Assembly (NCBI GenBank): GCA_905178155.1
Contig: CAJINV010000004.1
Coordinates: forward strand, 8,268,882 to 8,332,881
DNA length: 64,000 nt
DNA from: Amoebophrya sp. A120
Taxonomy: Eukaryota; Protista; Dinoflagellata
Reading direction: 5' to 3'
The notes below the pieces were generated by a model that saw only the letters and a program-made list of their open reading frames with translations, was not told the DNA's origin and ran no database searches. The stretch's first letter is position 1. Each line of letters starts with the position of its first letter. Below are positions 60,404 through 64,000 of this stretch, in pieces. Position numbers and translations under genes: made by a program.

Positions 60404-63334
60404 TAGTTGTTGAGAAAATAAAGCTCATAGTATTTAAGATAGTATATTTTCCAGTATTTTTACAGTAGAACTACAGATTGCTGACACGACAATTAAACTC
60501 GTACTTATACTCGACAGAAAAAGTACAGAGTAAAACTCGATAGATCTACGCTAGTATACACAGATTGAGACAACCGGGTTTTTGATGTTGAGAGAGGTAA
60601 ACTTTTTAAAATAGACAGACGTCGTAAGCTACAGATACAAGATTTTTGGAACAGTACAAGATGTGGTCAAAATGTTGATTCTGGTAAAGATAAATGCAAG
60701 GTTTGTTTTACAATAATTTCAATCGTGCTGCTAAGGCGGAATAAATGATAAGTAACCTCGTGGCAGCTGCTGTCTTCCTCTGCTCACGTGGCTACTGATT
60801 TCTCCAAAAGTGTCAAAGTACGTTCCCAAATTCAAAAGTACTAAAATACAAGTGGCTTACGTTTGCTGTTCTTTCACAAAGAGAGTGCGTGTTTATTTTT
60901 ACTCCGGTTCTACTTTTTGTTTTTCTTGCGTAGGAATCACAATAATTTATCGAGTTCTGTTTTTGCCGCTGGATATATTTCACATGTACAATTTTTATAC
61001 GTGCGGGCTGGGCGACAACGAGTTAATGGCGTGACAACAATTTTTGGTATACTATCTTACAATGAGGAGCTCTTTGGATAATAATTTCAAGGATTTACTA
61101 GGTCGTTTTTATTCTTCAGTTTTGGACTTATTACAAATTTCAGGTATTCACCAGAGGTTCACCTAGAAAGTAGTAGAACGAGACTTTCTCTCAACTGTAT
61201 CTCTAGAAATAATAGTGAAGGTTTGCTGGTACTTCTACAGTGGTATTTTTTTGCTTTTTCGGCTGTTGTTTTCCGTAGTCTTATATGTGATCAAAATTCC
61301 CAAAAATAGAAGTAATGAATCACAATATTGATGATGTTGATACACTGTCCTTATTGTTATTGCCACCACCTAAATTTTTGGACAGTATAGCTTTATCGGA
61401 GCCAAAAATACTACCGAGCCGTATGCGAATTTAAGCAAAAAAGCCTAAATATAGTGTTCAAGTACGTGTGAACTGGAAGTAATTTTTTTTCCGCAAAAGG
61501 TTGTAAAAATTCATTAGTTATGGCTCTCTGACACCACAACCGGTAAGCCGCGCCTTCTATTTTTCGAAGTGATCTTCAATATTTTTGACCGCCGCTGTTG
61601 TACTTCGCTTCTAAGTTTACGCCGCGTTTTTAGAACGTGATGATGATCTTATAAATCTATTTGCGATAGTCTTATATGAGTGTTCTTGTCGCCTCGATAT
61701 TGCACAACGATCGTGGTACTTATTTTTGTTTTGCTTTTTTTGTGGTTTTTTACTCAGATCGATGCGCGGTCAAAAAGTTGATGCAAAATTATACTCGCTG
61801 CTGCAGAATTTACTCCGCTTTTGATGCGATCTGTACAGGATTGAAGAGAAATGAATTTAGGTCGTTATTGTGTTGCAATACAAAATTTACGTCCACCTCT
61901 ATAGCCAACACCGCAATTTAGAAGTATATCGCTGGTGGTTGCTCGGATTTGAAGTGGTACACAAAATAGTGCTGATTTAAGATCCCGGGGTATTGATTTA
62001 CGAAAAATACAAAATCAGGTCAGTGTTCCGATGATGAAAACAGATCGATACAAAATTATCAGTAGTGTGCTGTTGTAAATCGATGCAAAATTTGTAAATG
62101 TTGTATAGGACGAAAGAACCCGTGAATGCAGTCAATGCAGGTAGTAATAATACCGAGAAAGTAGTGATTACAGTTAGCAAATGCAGAGTGGGTAGAAAAT
62201 TGAAAAATTACAAAATTCGAAGGTGTACAACCGAAAAATTGCCGCAAGTGGTTGATGAAAATTGTGGCGTCTAGAAATCAAACCGTTCCCAAAGCGTGTC
62301 ACCTGATAGTACGCTGTGAACGAATGACGCAGCAAAAATTGTTTCAGACAAAGTAGTTTATACTATCGAAATGTTTGCGCTACTACTTTTCCGTGCGAGC
62401 AGCAATTTTGTGTAAGACAAAAGTTTTGATGGTGTTCGGTATTATTCGGCTTTGCGTACAAACTGGCGTGGTTGCTTGCACCGTCTTGCAATAGAATTGG
62501 GCGGTAGTTTGATACAAAATCGAATGGAAACCTAGTTGAAGGATTGGTTTGGAAAGTTGAAAATTGTGGGTCTTGTCAGCAGACAAAATTTGGTGATGAA
62601 TTAGCCGCTGTTGTGTGGGGGTGCGTTGCAGTTTCGGTTTGAAGAATTGTCAAAATCGACGAGTACAGGTGAAGTAACACCACCAGGAAAAGAGAAAAAG
62701 GCACTACTTACCATATTTATTGCGACGAAAATATCAAATCGTACGAAGAGCAGCTTCTACCGAAGGTTAAAAAACCTCAAACCTTCGCTCTCGAAAACCG
62801 ATAAAAATACTTGAATCCATTTTCCATATCATCCGAAAGAGCAGACGAAGCGCTTCGACAGGGCAAACGAAGATGTTGGACGTGGTGCTATCATAATTAG
62901 TACCGAACTTTCTTCACCCAAAACAGCGCCAACGTGCTGTGGGGGTTCTAGTGCTGCTTCAAAACCGAAATACTTTTTACGCAAAGCTGTTTGCTGCGAA
63001 GAGGCTTTTGCAGATAGGGAAAAACCGAATTTTCATTTCTATATGAGAAGTTAGTGGACCGAGATAAATTTGGACTTGGACGACGCGACAGCAAATATAG
63101 TTTTTTCAACGAATATAACAACACCTGGGAGCAGACGAACAGCCGATATTGTACTTCTACCGAAGAAGATGGTGTGAACACTACAGAGCGCAACGAGCAA
63201 CGGAGTGCAGGCTACCGATAGAACTCAAGTTTCGCAAGAACCCCTGCCCGGGCTTGCTGTTGAGGCAGATTTAATATTTTCTCCTGGGAGTTGTTGTGAA
63301 ATTTTGATTTGTCGTCCAGTAAAAACCTGTATTA

Positions 63335-64000
63335 TTATATCCACCTCGCTGCCTCATAAGCCTGGATGTAGTCGAACCTAATCCGCTTGAGCATCTTCAA
63401 AAACTGATACTCCATCGTGGAGACGTTATTTCGATCGAAAAATCGATGAAAATAAACGTCGCACAAAGTCGCCAAGTACAGATTCGGCAAGTGGTCGTCG
63501 ATCATGCTATCAACTGCAAATATGTCTTGGTCTGGAAACTTGTGATGCTGAAATGTGCATGATTGAAATCCTTCCAAGTGCAGCCAAGCATGACAAGTTT
63601 TCCGAACACTTTCTCAACCGCAGTCCGCATGAGAAGTTGCGCTTTTGTATGACAAAAGGAGGCGTAGTTTTGTTAGTCATGATGCAACACAGATTTTACA
63701 GGAATGTCGGACTTGCATATACAAGTTCAATGCTCCCAGACCCAGACACATTTGCATTTCATACATGCGCAAGCCGAGCAAAATTCGCCGGTAGTGCTCC
63801 CCGTGGTTTCGGACCCAAAAACAGGTGGGCGCCGCCGTACTGGGGCGAACTTGCAAGTGGAGGCAGAACTTCCCCGGGGGCCGCGGGATCTTGCTGTAGT
63901 CGTGGGTCTTCCGTTGTTGCCCGAAGAGGGTGCCGATGTAGTCCACCGCTTGGGTAAAGTAGGAGGTTTCGCTAATCTCGTCCGCGAGGCTGAGTTTGCG
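63335..64000 (-). CDS. 3' part of an uncharacterised gene (continues beyond window)
   Basis: Removing element 63508-63763 joins ..GEHYRRILLGLRM to IDDHLPNLYLATLCDVYFHRFF..AARWI-stop. Confidence 0.65.
63508..63763. mobile_element. Introner-like TIR element, family A
   Basis: TATCAACTGCAAATATGTCTTGGTCTGG..CCAGACCCAGACACATTTGCATTTCATA; repeat CATGC. Confidence 0.92.

Noticed and set aside
60450-63330. Short ORFs in the AT-rich interval
   Set aside because: No motifs or coding-like composition; treated as intergenic or UTR.
10669-63763. Recurring ~30-bp repeat TGTCTGGGTCTGGAAG as a CRISPR array, or a repeated peptide (KMSGSGR, CKNVWVW, FQTQTFLHLI)
   Set aside because: The repeats occur as dispersed inverted pairs ~250 bp apart with target duplications, not direct repeats with spacers. 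The peptides are translations of TIRs.

Overview
Eukaryotic (alveolate) genomic DNA, most likely a syndinian dinoflagellate such as Amoebophrya; this is inferred from a CPW-WPC gene, single-strand gene arrays and non-canonical inverted-repeat introns. (1) Positions 1-9870 hold a Ty3/Gypsy-type LTR retrotransposon on the minus strand. Its single gag-pol ORF (8685 to <1, >=2895 codons; protease DTG, RT YIDD, RNase H, HHCC and DDE integrase) was missed by the ORF track because it runs off the window. (2) Positions 9.9-64 kb hold about ten minus-strand host genes (cyclophilin PPIL3, Mei2-like RRM protein, La-motif protein, CPW-WPC protein, several unknowns). These are interrupted by about 41 MITE-like elements of 160-360 bp in three multi-copy families plus five singletons. 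Nearly all elements have terminal inverted repeats beginning TAT and ending RTA, and 22 are flanked by perfect 5-bp direct repeats. Wherever I reconstructed the junction, removing the element plus one repeat restored the reading frame, so they behave as non-GT-AG introns (introners). Less expected features: the same element works in either orientation; unrelated families share a TATC-N6-AAAAA end architecture; and one octamer (TGT[ACG]ATGC/GCAT[TGC]ACA) recurs in all families, in ordinary introns and in the LTR but is nearly absent from coding DNA. A duplicated ~670-bp GC-rich structured element at 23.4-25.4 kb is unexplained. All calls were made by eye; exon boundaries and degenerate element ends are approximate.
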